From Octopus bimaculoides (Eukaryota), in the NCBI RefSeq assembly GCF_001194135.2, contig NC_068993.1, positions 48,083,694 through 48,137,630 of the forward strand: 53,937 nt of DNA. The letters are read 5' to 3'. The position numbers and the translations under genes are program-made. Shown in pieces: positions 1 through 11,521 of the stretch. The notes under the pieces were generated by a model. That model saw nothing but the letters and a program-made list of their open reading frames with translations. It did not search any database and had not been told where the DNA came from. Position 1 is the first letter of the stretch. Every line of letters begins with the position of its first letter.

Positions 1-56
1 CAGCAGAAAGCATATGTAGTTAGTGGAATATGAAGCAAGCCTATCGTAATAACTCT

Positions 57-225
57 TTCTACTATAGGCACAAGACCTGAAACTTTGGGGGAAAAGTAAG
101 TCGATGACATGGACCTCAGTGCTTGACTGGTACTTATTTCATCAACCCCGAAAGGATTAAAGGCTCAGTCAACCTCAGCGGAATTTGAAAAAAGAACTTT
201 TTGTCCGACGTGCTAGCGATTCTTT
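57..225 (-). mobile_element. tRNA-derived SINE family A, degenerate copy
   Basis: Reverse complement carries the family-A body (aaattccgctgaggttgactgagcctttaatcctttcggggttgatgaaataagtaccag) shared with more than 10 other copies in the window. Confidence 0.85.
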
Positions 226-232
226 ACTACTT

Positions 233-430
233 TAGACACAAGGCCCGAAATCTTTGGGGACGGTCAGTCGATTAGATCGACCCCAGTACGCAACTGGTAC
301 TTAATTTATCGTCCCCGAAAGGATGAAAGGCAAAGTCGGCCTCGGTGCAATTTGAACCCAGAACGTAAAGATAGACGAAATACCACTAAGCATCTCGCCC
401 GGCGTGGTAGCAATTCCGCCAGCTCACCGC
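233..430 (-). mobile_element. tRNA-derived SINE family A, near full length
   Basis: Minus strand: gcggtgagctggcggaattgctacc (A-box-like) ... gggttcaaattgcaccgagg (B-box-like) ... cggggacgataaattaagtaccagttgcgtactggggtcgatctaatcgac; directly tandem to the 57-225 copy. Confidence 0.9.
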
Positions 431-689
431 ATTGGGCTATAGCTAATAATAAGCACAGAAAATGTAATCAGTATTTTATGTTTTTCAGTAAACCGATCAA
501 AGTTATTAAGCAATGTAATTAACCGTATTGCGTATCACAATCGACTCACATCTTCGGCATACTCAGTTAAATGTAACAAAAAAATGAATTAAATATGTTA
601 CGCAAACTGGCAGATGGCTTTGTTCACTATTGATGGTCAGTTTCCTGAAGTACGTGTATATACAGACAGACATATCGATATCGATATCT

Positions 690-740
690 TTCTATCTATC
701 TAACTATTTATCTATCTATCTATCTATCTATCTATCTCTC

Positions 741-811
<71 letters not shown>
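690..811. repeat. Compound microsatellite (TATC)n/(CT)n/(TA)n
   Basis: Seen directly. Confidence 0.95.
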
Positions 812-813
<2 letters not shown>

Positions 814-1464
814 AGGCAGACGATACAAAAAAAAATCAAGGACGGGTAATTGTGTAATTGTGATATATTATTAATGAAATGGATGTTCCTTAGGATTGCT
901 GTGTTATGGTAATCAGGAAGCCGTTTAATTTAAATAACATTGCACAACAATATAAGAAAATTTATGCTTTTCAAATGCACATGCATTTGCTCACTCTCAC
1001 ACACACGCACACACAGCCAGTCACAGTCACATACGAATACACACACATTATATACATGTTATTTACATTCAAATTACAATTACTATATAACATTCTCCAG
1101 AAGAAAGCGATAGTTAGTTTTCAAATGAAAACACTTGTGTAAGTGAAATAGATGCCATCTCCACTCGTAAATGAGAGATATTCTGCCATAGAATCACACA
1201 GTTATCAATTGGTCTGTATTCGATCACGGTCATAATTCTTGCAAACTCACAAGAATCTCACTAACGTTGTTATTATATTGAACTAGTTACGCTATTCACA
1301 CAACTACACATACTTCCTCTCTATTTCTCCTCACACTTAACCATGTTTAACTTTGGTTTTTCGCTCTTTCTTTCTCACTGTGTATGCATATGCGTGTGTG
1401 TATACCTGTTTGTGGGTGAATGTCTTTTTGTATGCGTGTATGTATTAAAAAAGAAAGCAAATGT

Positions 1465-1465
<1 letters not shown>

Positions 1466-1545
<80 letters not shown>

Positions 1546-1546
1546 G
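1466..1546. repeat. (GA)n microsatellite
   Basis: Seen directly. Confidence 0.95.
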
Positions 1547-1677
1547 GAGGTTTTATTGGAATTAGAATCTTCACAAAACAATGCCTCAAGTTTCACCTAA
1601 CATTTATCCGTGAATTATTTTCTCGACAACGTTTTCTTCCCGTGCATACACACACACACACAAACACATATATATCT

Positions 1678-1732
<55 letters not shown>

Positions 1733-1884
1733 CATACATGTCTGTACATACATATATACATACATACANNNNNNNNNNAGATATTTCAATACAAATGTAT
1801 TAATACAAATGTATCAATTTCCAGCAAAAAATAGCCCTATAAGGGTATATATATATAAATTCATAAGAATGGTACAACAAGGTA

Positions 1885-2045
1885 CCGATTATCCGACTAT
1901 CCACGTTCTCTGTTCAAATTCCGCCGAGGCTGACTTCGCTTTTCATCCTTTCGGGATCGATAAAATAAATACCAATTAATCACTGGAGATCGATGCAATC
2001 GACTTACGTATCCGCCCCCCACCAAATTGCCGGCCTTGAAGCCTT
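1885..2045 (+). mobile_element. SINE family A, 5'-truncated or variant head
   Basis: gttcaaattccgccgaggctgacttcgcttttcatcctttcgggatcgataaaataaatacc matches the family-A body. Confidence 0.85.
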
Positions 2046-2627
2046 TATCATCAATAATTATAATTAAGCTTTTTTTTTTTCTTGATTAAACCTACTCAAG
2101 AATATTTCGTTTTTGTGTTTGGTTACACATATATATGTATACGTAGATAAATATATACGCTTATATCCACTCATATATGTGTATATGAGTGTGTGAATGC
2201 CTGCGTGTATGTATGTATGTATGTATAAACGCGTGTTCGCATGCATGCGTTTGTGTGTGTGTGTGTGTGTATGTCTGTGTGCATGTTTGTAAATATGTGC
2301 GATTGTATGTATGTGCGTACGTAAATTGTAGACGTCTTTGATGTACAATATCTACTTCTAGAAAAATTCTGCTCAAAACCTATGACATTTCTACTTTGTT
2401 TACAATAACTCGCGATTGCACTACGTCAGACACGTGGGTGTCTGTGTGTGTATATGCGTATGAGTATATATACATACATACATACACGCACACTCACGCA
2501 CATATTCACACATATGCGCCTGTCTATATGTGTATGTTTAATAGTTCAATATAGTTCTTTTTTTGTTGCACTCTTGGTGAGGAATATAGATATTATATAT
2601 ATGTTTGTGTGAGGGGAGGGAGAGGTA

Positions 2628-2631
<4 letters not shown>

Positions 2632-2676
<45 letters not shown>

Positions 2677-2829
2677 CAGTGTATGTTTGTGTGTATCTGT
2701 GGTGTGTGCGACTGTGTCTGTGTGAGTATGTGTATGTATGCATGGATGCATATATACATATGTGTGAGCGTTAAAGCGTTCACTCCGGGACCTCTGTCTG
2801 AATTGAGGTTTTTCGTATGACGTCATACT

Positions 2830-2916
<87 letters not shown>
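2632..2916. repeat. (GT)n, (CA)n and (TA)n microsatellite cluster
   Basis: Seen directly. Confidence 0.9.
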
Positions 2917-3589
2917 GGGTTTGGCTACATGCTTGTTTGGTTAGTGTAAAGAGTTTTGTTTTCACTGTTTTTCTGGATTTCCATTGGTTATTTTAGATAA
3001 GAGATCGCATTTTTATTTGCTCGTAATTTCTTACCTTTTTTAGGCTTTTTCTTATCTATGTAGTGAAGTTAGTATTAGGTATGATATCGTGTTTTCAAAC
3101 CCTCTTACGTGATTTTCGAAGACATCTTTATATCAATGTGTTTATCAAATAAATTATGCATCTGTTGTGTTCCTTGTGGCCAACTATCATACAGTAAATA
3201 ATCCTTTCTAGATTAAGTTAATTTGACGCAGACTTAAACGTTTGAAATTTACTTCAAAGACTAAAGTAGGCACACGGAGTAATAAATATTTAATTCTTTT
3301 TTTCAACACTATATACATTTTCTAACATTATATACATTTAGTCGTCGGTAGCCATATATAGCGTTATTTACTCTTTCTTTTGAGTGGTTATACTGTGAAA
3401 AGATACTTCGGGGCTGAATGCTCTTCGTGTGGCTGTTTGGAAGTATTTGGGGTCAATTCAATTCTAGTATGTTTTAGGATATGTTTGTTCTGTGTGTGCT
3501 CATCCATCAAAAATCCATGAAGTTGTTGATGTTCATGTGTCAAGTTGATTGACTGTGGAAACACGAAGATTTTTTAAGTGCATATTCTC

Positions 3590-3777
3590 TTATTATTTTA
3601 CTTCTTTCAGTCATTTTGACTGTGGCCATGCTGGAGCACAGCCGGTTTAGTCGAAGAATTCGACCCTTGGACTTCTTTTTTGTAAGCCTGGTAATTATTC
3701 TTTTGCTGATCGATTAGATTATGGGGACGTAAACACATTAACATGATGTGGGGGATAGACACAGACATAGACACACA

Positions 3778-3820
<43 letters not shown>

Positions 3821-3858
3821 GACAGGCTTCTTTCAGTTTCGATCTACCAAATCTACTC
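3590..3858 (-). mobile_element. tRNA-derived SINE family B (internal TA microsatellite), 3' two-thirds, cut by a gap
   Basis: tttcagtcattttgactgtggccatgctggagcac...ggggacgtaaacac...(TA)n...cttctttcagtttc..tctaccaaatc, shared with copies at 18.3, 30.0 and 36.8 kb. Confidence 0.85.
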
Positions 3859-3908
3859 NNNNNNNNNNNNNNNNNNNNNNNNNNNNNNNNNNNNNNNNNN
3901 NNNNNNNN

Positions 3909-4293
3909 GTCATTATCCACCATTGTTTCAGGTCGACCGCGTTGCTCATTTGTGAGACGAAAGTTACCAGAACGAAATTTTGCAAACCAATTTGATACTG
4001 TCTGCTGCAAAATAACATTAGAATGAAATACTCCATTAATATTCCGATGCTGTATTTCCAAAAAAGAACCCATATTTCAAAACTGTACGAATTTCCTACT
4101 TATCCATCACTAAACAAAGATAGTAAAAACGATTTATAAATACTTTATAACGGGCAACATGAATTAGAATAAATAAATAGATGTGCCAGCTTTCTAACAA
4201 AAAATAAAGATTTTTAAAATATAATGGCGAAAAATGAGCAGCTGTCAAAGTTTACCATATACCTTACAACAAATTTCATACTTGACGACCTAA
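3909..4293 (-). mobile_element. Mariner transposon 5' end (terminal repeat plus decayed transposase N-terminal HTH)
   Basis: Minus strand from ATG at 4107: MDK*EIRTVLKYGFFFGNTASE, then frameshift to RNINGVFHSNVILQQTVSNWFAKFRSGNFRLTNEQRGRPETMVDND, typical of Mos1/SETMAR-type N-termini; mariner-like end TTAGGTCGTCAAGTATGAAATTT at 4293-4271. Confidence 0.85.
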
Positions 4294-4394
4294 CAGGTTT
4301 TGTTTTACGAGTGGATGGTGCGAGTAATTTGGTATTTTGCAAAGAAATAAATGAGAAGAAAAGAACATTTTTCTTGAATATGGCAAGAGTCTAG

Positions 4395-4430
4395 TATAAA
4401 AGGCCATGTGGTTGTGAACGCGAATCATTC
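4395..4430 (+). promoter_or_regulatory. Candidate Pol II core promoter (TATA box plus Inr)
   Basis: TATAAAAGG at 4395 and TCATTC (matches Inr TCAKTY, +1 A at 4427), about 32 nt apart; donor-like ACAG/GTAAAA at 4585/4586. Motif evidence only. Confidence 0.3.
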
Positions 4431-5464
4431 AAGAGCGAAATCTGTTTGATGTCCTTACAATGAAATTCCAGAAAACGACGTGGATCTTACAGGGAAAGTG
4501 ATTATTAATAAATGGGAATTTAACGATTTGAATAAAACATTTTATTTGTAAATACTATTGCTGTATGATGTTAGAAGTCTGACAGGTAAAACTTGAGGCG
4601 GTGATAGCTTCGTTATATCAGTAAAAGCGGAGTTAGAAAACTAGTGCGCATTAAAAAATAAACTTTAAAGGCAAACTTAAGTTTAAACAGTGAGAAGAGT
4701 ACAAGATTAGTTAATGAATTTTATAGTTTTGTTTTATTAGATGTATTTAGCTTCATTTTTATTAGTTCTGCCATTAATGAATATTTCTGAACATATTTTG
4801 GCATATTATTATGACTCAGAAAGAAACAGACTTTACTTATTGTACTGCATTTTCGATGGCAGAGTCATTTAATAATCGTATTGATGTAGAAAACGACTAG
4901 TATTGTATGGAGAATAAATACTGCCATCCCTTAAACAATAAACATTAGTTAGGTTAATGTTGACATATTTAGTATCGAGAGTGATGAAAAACTGACTGGA
5001 AATGATTTGCGACGAGAAAATAAAACAAAACAATATTGTTTATTTACTAACGTTATTTACATATTCCGGCTCCCATGGGAACAACATCCGATATAATTCG
5101 AGTTCATTAAACCAAACCGCATCAGCAAAGCACATATACTTCATTGTATTAGTTGAAGCCGTGATAGCAGACACATTAAATAAATGTCCAAGACTGTTCA
5201 CTTGTTGGCATAGACAGTAGAATTGGTTGTAAAACAAATGCGCAAAAGACGCCATTCTCATGAAAACCAATAGTTAAGTTAACATTAATATATTTAATAC
5301 AATGGCATTATATCCTACTTAATTTAAAAGTCAGTCTGCTATCTCTTCCGTTACTATTTGGCATTTCACCTTCGTCTGCAGGTGGAAGGAGTGACTGCAA
5401 TATGTGTCGTGTTTCGTGATTTTATATTGTATAATTCCGTTATATTGTATAAAGTGTAGAGATC

Positions 5465-5585
5465 TGTTGGAATTGCTAGAAAGCCAGACATGTTGCTTAC
5501 GGTGTATACTACGTGTCTTTAATTACTTAGTTCAAATCTCACTAGGGTTGAATTTTGCCTTTTAGCAGTCTAGCATCGATAATGG
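5465..5585 (+). mobile_element. Old, degenerate SINE family A copy
   Basis: ttagttcaaatctcactagggttgaattttgccttt...atcgataa aligns by eye to the family-A B-box and body. Confidence 0.55.
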
Positions 5586-6303
5586 AAACATCAGTAAAAA
5601 AATATTCGTGTCGAAATAATCGACTAATGACTCCCGCAAAGAGCGTGGCCTTCAGCCTTTCTCATAATTCATTACTATCATGCGTAAAGGACATTAGATG
5701 GCACAATTAGAAGAATGTCAGACATAACGATTCAAGTACTTGGTTACATCAAATCCCGCTGAGGCTTACCTTGATTTACAACACTCGTTGGTATCAATAT
5801 TTAAACTACCACTAATTAATTGCCGATATAATTCAAATAAAACTATATAACTCATTAACTAATATTGTTTTCGTTTCACCCTTTAATTCTTTAATGAACC
5901 TTTTATAATGCACGGTTACATTAATTTAACTATGAATTCTAACATGTTTTCCTAAAACGACAAAAAAACTTACAGTTTCTCGTCTTTTAGGATACACTTT
6001 ACCATATGATGAAGATGTATATATTCGCTTGAGACATACCGAAATCTAACATCAGACATGAACAGATATTACCACAAGTACACATTCTTCCTGTGTCTCT
6101 CTCCATTTTCCTCTCTTTTTCTCTCTCCTTCACGCAAGTACATTAACGTTCGTTGGTAATCAGAGCGAGTTTATAATTATTGCATATATTATCTCATTAT
6201 TCCTGAAGATAATGCTAAACATCTGTCGGTTTCGACTGTTCGAACAAATGAATTAGCTACTCATTAGATTAGCATCTATATTGTTGAGTATTCCATTTAG
6301 AAT

Positions 6304-6397
6304 TGTCGATTAGATCGACCCGCATGTTCGAGTGATACCTATTTTATCGTTCCCAAAAGGCTGAAGGGCAAAGTTACTCTTGGCGGTATTGGAACTG
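6304..6397 (-). mobile_element. SINE family A fragment
   Basis: gtcgattagatcgaccc...tacctattttatcgttcccaaaaggctgaagggcaaagt. Confidence 0.75.
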
Positions 6398-6427
6398 ATA
6401 ATAATGACGATAATGATTATAATAATC

Positions 6428-6520
6428 ATGAACGCCGATGTGACAAAGAGCTAGAAAAGATTGAAAAGCACAGATTACTAAAAGACGAAATTGCAAGTAT
6501 GTGGACTGAGAGGAGAGTGT
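6428..6520 (+). mobile_element. Short RLE-endonuclease-region fragment of an R4/Dong-like LINE
   Basis: ERRCDKELEKIEKHRLLKDEIASMW resembles the K...EK..KY..L..EI..MW motif downstream of the RLE PD-(D/E)xK core (compare 41.9 and 44.2 kb). Confidence 0.55.
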
Positions 6521-6555
6521 TGTTCAGCGTGCTAATAATTCTGATAGCTTGCCGC

Positions 6556-6559
<4 letters not shown>

Positions 6560-6614
<55 letters not shown>
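6560..6614. repeat. (TAA)n microsatellite
   Basis: Seen directly; abuts the LINE RT fragment. Confidence 0.95.
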
Positions 6615-6615
<1 letters not shown>

Positions 6616-6616
6616 C

Positions 6617-7357
6617 AGGCAGAACTAGTCCTTTCAGTTAGGGAAGTGAAGGAAATCAGCAAAAAGATGAGCAGCTGGAAGGCCCCCCCCGGGACCAGAT
6701 GGAGTTCAAGGCTACTGGATCAAAAGATTAGGTGAATGTCATGCACGAATAGCTGCGCAACTCAACACCTTGTTAAATGCCGACTAAGCAACACCAGAGT
6801 GGTTGACATTGGTTGGGACAGTGTTGTGCTTGAAAAACATCGAAAAAGGCAATACAGTAGACAATTACAGGCCGATATCCTGTTTGCCACTTATGAGGAA
6901 ATTATTGACTGGAATACTCGCAGAGTCAATGTACGAACATCTGGAAGAAAATGGAGTCCAGCCACATGAGCAGACGGGTTGCAAGCATAAGTGCAGAGGT
7001 GCCAAGGATCAACTCCTGATACACAAAACTGTACTTAGAGACTACAAGAGGAGGAAAAGTAACTTAGCTATGCCCTGGATCGACTATCGTAAGGCGTACG
7101 ATATGATCCCACATTCTTGGATTATGGAGTGTATGAACCTATTTGATATTGCATCGAATGTTGAGCGATTGCTTGGAAAATGTATGGTAAATTGGAGGAC
7201 GGACCTGACAGCATACGGAAGAAGTTTAGGGACAGTAGAAATGAGGAGGGGCTTCTTCCAAGGGGAATGCCTGTTCCCACTAATCTTTGTACTGTGCTTG
7301 ATACCACGAACATTGATTCTGAGGAAAGGAAAAACTGGGTATGTATTCAAAGGCCGC
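6617..7357 (+). mobile_element. Non-LTR retrotransposon (R4/Dong-like, RLE clade) reverse transcriptase fragment, inactive
   Basis: WKAP-GPDGVQGYWIK (frameshift in poly-C), one stop, then [17 protein letters not shown]...QLLIHK...[15 protein letters not shown]...[19 protein letters not shown], i.e. RT domains 0-4; truncated by a microsatellite before the YxDD motif. Confidence 0.92.
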
Positions 7358-7362
7358 AGTAT

Positions 7363-7592
7363 GCCGGAGGCGGAGGCGGCGGTGGCGGAGGAGGAGGAGG
7401 AGGAGGAGGCGGAGGAGGGGGAAGAGAAGGAGGAGGAAGAGGAGGAGGAAGAAGAAGAAGAAGAAGAAGAAGAAGAAGAAGAAGAAGAACAACAACAACA
7501 ACAACAACAACAACAACGACGACAACGACGACGACGATGAAGTCGACGGCGACAACGACTGCAACTACAACAACAACAATAATGATGAAGAT
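7363..7592. repeat. Compound trinucleotide microsatellite (GGC/GGA/GAA/CAA/GAC)n
   Basis: Seen directly; produces the poly-E/Q tail of ORF 6803-7540. Confidence 0.95.
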
Positions 7593-8544
7593 ATAGAATT
7601 CTAAACGATTTTGTGTGAGAAAACGACCGTAACTGTAGAAGAAATATGATTAACAATTCCAAAACTGTAAAACAAACATTTCCAAGAACCAACAGTATTC
7701 CTGTAACTTATTTTAATGCTGATAGCGGTGAGGGTGGATGGCGTTGTTGTTATTGCAGCCGCTGCTGATGCCACTGCTGCTGCTATAGTTATTGTTCTTG
7801 TTATCGTTGTTGTTGCTGTTCGTGGTGGTGTGGTGGTGGTGGTTCTGGTGATCTTGAAAGTTTTGTTTCATGAATGGTGTTTTGTCAGTTTCTTCCTTCT
7901 CCCCTTTTCATGTTCTTCCTTTGTATTTTTCTTGTTTGCTGCCTCTTTCCTTGTATTCTACATCATCTCCATCCACCTTTCTCTGGCTCTCTTTCAACAT
8001 CCTATCTATCCTTTCCCTCTCTTTCACACACACACACATACACACACAAACAAACAAACAAACAAATGAAACAACAAACTTTGTAAACCAACCATAACAT
8101 CACTGCTTTATCTACCAACGCGTCGTTATTTTGTTTTTCTTTGCAAACTCAGTTTTTGCTTTGAAAATAAAATTATTTATTCTAAAACTCCTTGTTATTC
8201 TTGATACTATCTTTGTTCGTTTCACCCATTCATTCATTCATTCATTCATTTACCTTCCTGGTTCCATTTCCACCCTCACTGTCTCTTCTCTCGCAAGACC
8301 CTTTCTCCTAAACAAACACAAATAAACACTCACACCCATACACACTACCAGTTTATTATGTCCTCTATTATTACTACCGTTGCTGTTTATTTATCCAAAC
8401 CAAGAACTGTCAATGGAACTGGATTTTATTAAATACGTTTTCTAGTGCAAACGTTATCGTTGTTGACTGTGTCGTGGTAGTGGGAGTATCGGATACTACA
8501 GACTGTCATATAAAACACCTCCTGGTAACTTAATGCTCTTTCTA

Positions 8545-8690
8545 ATACATTGTGTTCAAATCCCACTAAGGTCAGGTGTAGCTTTTTGTCCTTTCTTTAA
8601 GGATTAGAAAATATAATTATTTTTAGTCCAGCAGTTTTGATGGGAGGCTGTTAATCGATGTCCCATTGCTACCTGTAATTGGTTGATATT
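8545..8690 (+). mobile_element. Old, degenerate SINE family A copy
   Basis: tgtgttcaaatcccactaaggtcaggtgtagctttttgtcctttc...ttaatcgatg. Confidence 0.5.
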
Positions 8691-8800
8691 TTATCTTGAC
8701 GGCAACTAAAACATGAATGGTTTTTCCCCATTACCCTATGCTAAGGATCATAGGGCCATAGAAACTGGGAAACCGGGCCCATGTGCCTTTATATTAGCTT

Positions 8801-9314
8801 GCATCGTGCATTATTCGGTTACGCGGTGTTGACAAGTCACAAAAATAGGATATCGATGTGCATCGCTCTTGAATGAGACCTCATGCGAGTTATCTTGCTT
8901 GTCTATAACTGATTCAAGGTCTTATAGCACAATGCGCATTGATGAGAATGTATTCTCTTACGCCTAAAAGCGCAGCCTACCCATGAACTAGCAAAACACA
9001 TATCTTGCGTATGTGTGTTTGATATTGTTTAAATCTTTCGAGCTAATGGTTCTTACAACATTTTACATATAGACATACACGGCGATTTAGGTAGCATCGG
9101 GCCTCGTTCTGGTGCGCGGTTTTGAAAATTCACTAAAATGACGAAGCATCGATGTCCATCACTACTGAACAGGATCTGATGCAAGTTGCCTCGCTTGTCT
9201 ATGATTCACTTCCCGCGGTCTTTTAACACCAGACGCATGGTGAGAATATATTCCCTCACGCTTAAAAGCGCAGCCTATTCAACAACTAGGAAAACATATG
9301 CTTTGTTTGTGTGT

Positions 9315-9315
<1 letters not shown>
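8801..9315 (+). repeat. Diverged direct duplication, period about 295 bp
   Basis: Shared anchors gcatcg (8801/9094), atcgatgt (8852/9148), cttgtctat, tgagaat and aaaagcgcagccta (8966/9264). Confidence 0.85.
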
Positions 9316-9350
<35 letters not shown>

Positions 9351-10419
9351 CGTATGTACATAGATCTATACGTATATATGCATATGTCGGCGCAGGACGT
9401 AATGAAACGTGTACAACAAAATGGTACGAAGCACGAGTACATGGAACATNNNNNNNNNNNNNNNNNNNNNNNNNNNNNNNNNNNNNNNNNNNNNNNNNNN
9501 NNNNNNNNNNNNNNNNNNNNNNNNNNATATATATATATATATATATATATACATTCTTATATAGAAATTCATATATAGAAATTCATATATAGCTATTAAC
9601 TTTATAGCTATTAACTTTTAATTTAAGAACAGTTTCCGTGCAAAAATTCGAAAAATACATAAACATGTACACACATACATTTCACATATAAATACGTGTA
9701 TATACAAGCGTTCAGACACAACATACATACATAACCACATATGTGCTTACATGTTTGTATTTGATGTTTGTTTTCACTCTACTAAATATACCATTCCAAT
9801 ATGTGACTCCCCTGTAGAACTTTCACTATGTTGCTTAGACAAACGAAAGGAATGGAGCATTTCACGATGACAAGAAAATGTCAGTGGGGGTGGGAGATAG
9901 TAACGAGGGGTGGGGTATTGTGCGATTGTTACGATAACATCAAACAAATTCCATAGACCTCCCAGTTTCTCAAAATGTGGGAATGGAATTGTGGGTAATT
10001 GTGTTCGTGAGGGGAACTAGTTAACGGGTGGGGATGGGTGGAGGGGGGTAATATCTTTGTAAATAGGTGTGAGTATGTTTGACAAGTGTGCGTTCGTGTT
10101 AGGATGGAAATGAATTCATGTGTTTTTGGAGATTTCTGCATCTTCGTTAACAAGTCTGAAATGGGAGGGCTTGGATGCCAATATTTAGGACAGAAAGTAA
10201 TCTTGTTAAGAAATCAGATGTGAATTTATTTTGTGTATTTATTGTGCTTATCTATTAGTTGGAAACAAAGACACACACACACATTCAAAAATACAAGCGC
10301 TGGCACACGCATATATTCTCTCTCTCTCTCTCTCTTTCTCTCTCTTTTTATAGACCTATATCCCCTATGTAACCATTTGTCTTTCACTCTGTATCTATCT
10401 ATCTATCTATCTTATTTCT

Positions 10420-10642
10420 TTATTGCCCACAAGGGGCTAAATATAGAGGAGACAAACAAGGACAGACAAAGGGATTAAGTCGATTACATCGACCCCAGTG
10501 CGTAACTGGTACTTAATTTATCGACCCCGAAAGGATGAAAGACAAAGTCGACCTCGGCGGAATTGGAACTCAGAACGTAACGGCAGTCGAAATACCGCTA
10601 AGCGTTTCGCCCGGCGTGCTAACGTTTCTGCCAGCTCGCCGC
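10420..10642 (-). mobile_element. SINE family A, well-preserved subfamily with a distinct 3' tail
   Basis: Minus strand: gcggcgagctggcagaaacgttagcacgccgggcgaaacgcttagcggtatttcgactgccgttacgttctgagttccaattccgccgaggtcgactttgtctttcatcctttcggggtcgataaattaagtacc. Confidence 0.92.
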
Positions 10643-11397
10643 TTTATTGAAGTATATCGTTCTATGAGGAAAAAGCTCCCTGGAAAGCATTTCTCTACTT
10701 ATGACCAGCGATTCACTGCAAGGAACTTTGTATAGTTCTCCAGCAGTAGAATATCAGATGCAAATATTAGTTTTATGAGGCGAAGGTAATGCATGATTTT
10801 TGCTGTATTGTTGTCAGTATGTTTCTAAATAGAATAAAATATCTAGAAGTGATAGCTGGTTCATTATTAGAGGAGAAGCGGTCCATGTGAACAACTGGCG
10901 GATAATACCATAATGATACTATATACATACAGGACATAATGTAGGAGGGAAAACATTTGATAATCCATATCAAAGATACGTCGGAGGAGAAAAATATAAG
11001 AAAGCAGAATGATATAGAGGGTCTTAACATCTGTAATATGAACGAATAAGGATAAGAGATCAGACAGTAGTTATGAACTGAGCAAAGCAGTTGAATACAA
11101 ATGTAAGAAGTTCTCATTCACATGCTTACACAATATTCAAGGAAGAAGACAACAATTTAGGCGAACTGAATATGTCATTAATATCCTTAGTACAGATTTA
11201 GATGTAGACCAGTGCTTAATAGTGCATTTGGATATGTAACTAAATGATTTAACACATTATTATTAAATTTTGGACTTTATAAAGCCAAGATAGACATAAC
11301 TCATTAATTACAAATAAATGTCATTAATTTGAGTGTTTAGTTTGTAGTACATGTATAAAATAGACATATATACATATGAAATCGTATGTGCTTAATG

Positions 11398-11521
11398 TGT
11401 GTATATATATGTATATATATGTATATATATGTATATATATGTATATATATGTATATATATACGTATATATATATATATATATGTATATATATGTATATAT
11501 ATACGTATATATATATATATA
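11398..11521. repeat. (GTATATATAT)n decamer tandem repeat
   Basis: Seen directly. Confidence 0.9.

Noticed and set aside
3590-4293. Mariner nested inside a SINE
   Set aside because: The junction lies in an N gap (3859-3908), so nesting cannot be established
6803-7540. 245 aa ORF as a host gene with an acidic tail
   Set aside because: It is LINE RT running into a trinucleotide microsatellite; upstream stop and frameshift, and no YxDD motif
9557-9620. Short tandem duplications (tatatagaaattca x2, tatagctattaactt x2); similarly agaatgtttaagaaa x2 at about 43925-43966 and a 30 nt unit at 36001-36060
   Set aside because: Ordinary slippage duplications with no unique spacers; not CRISPR-like
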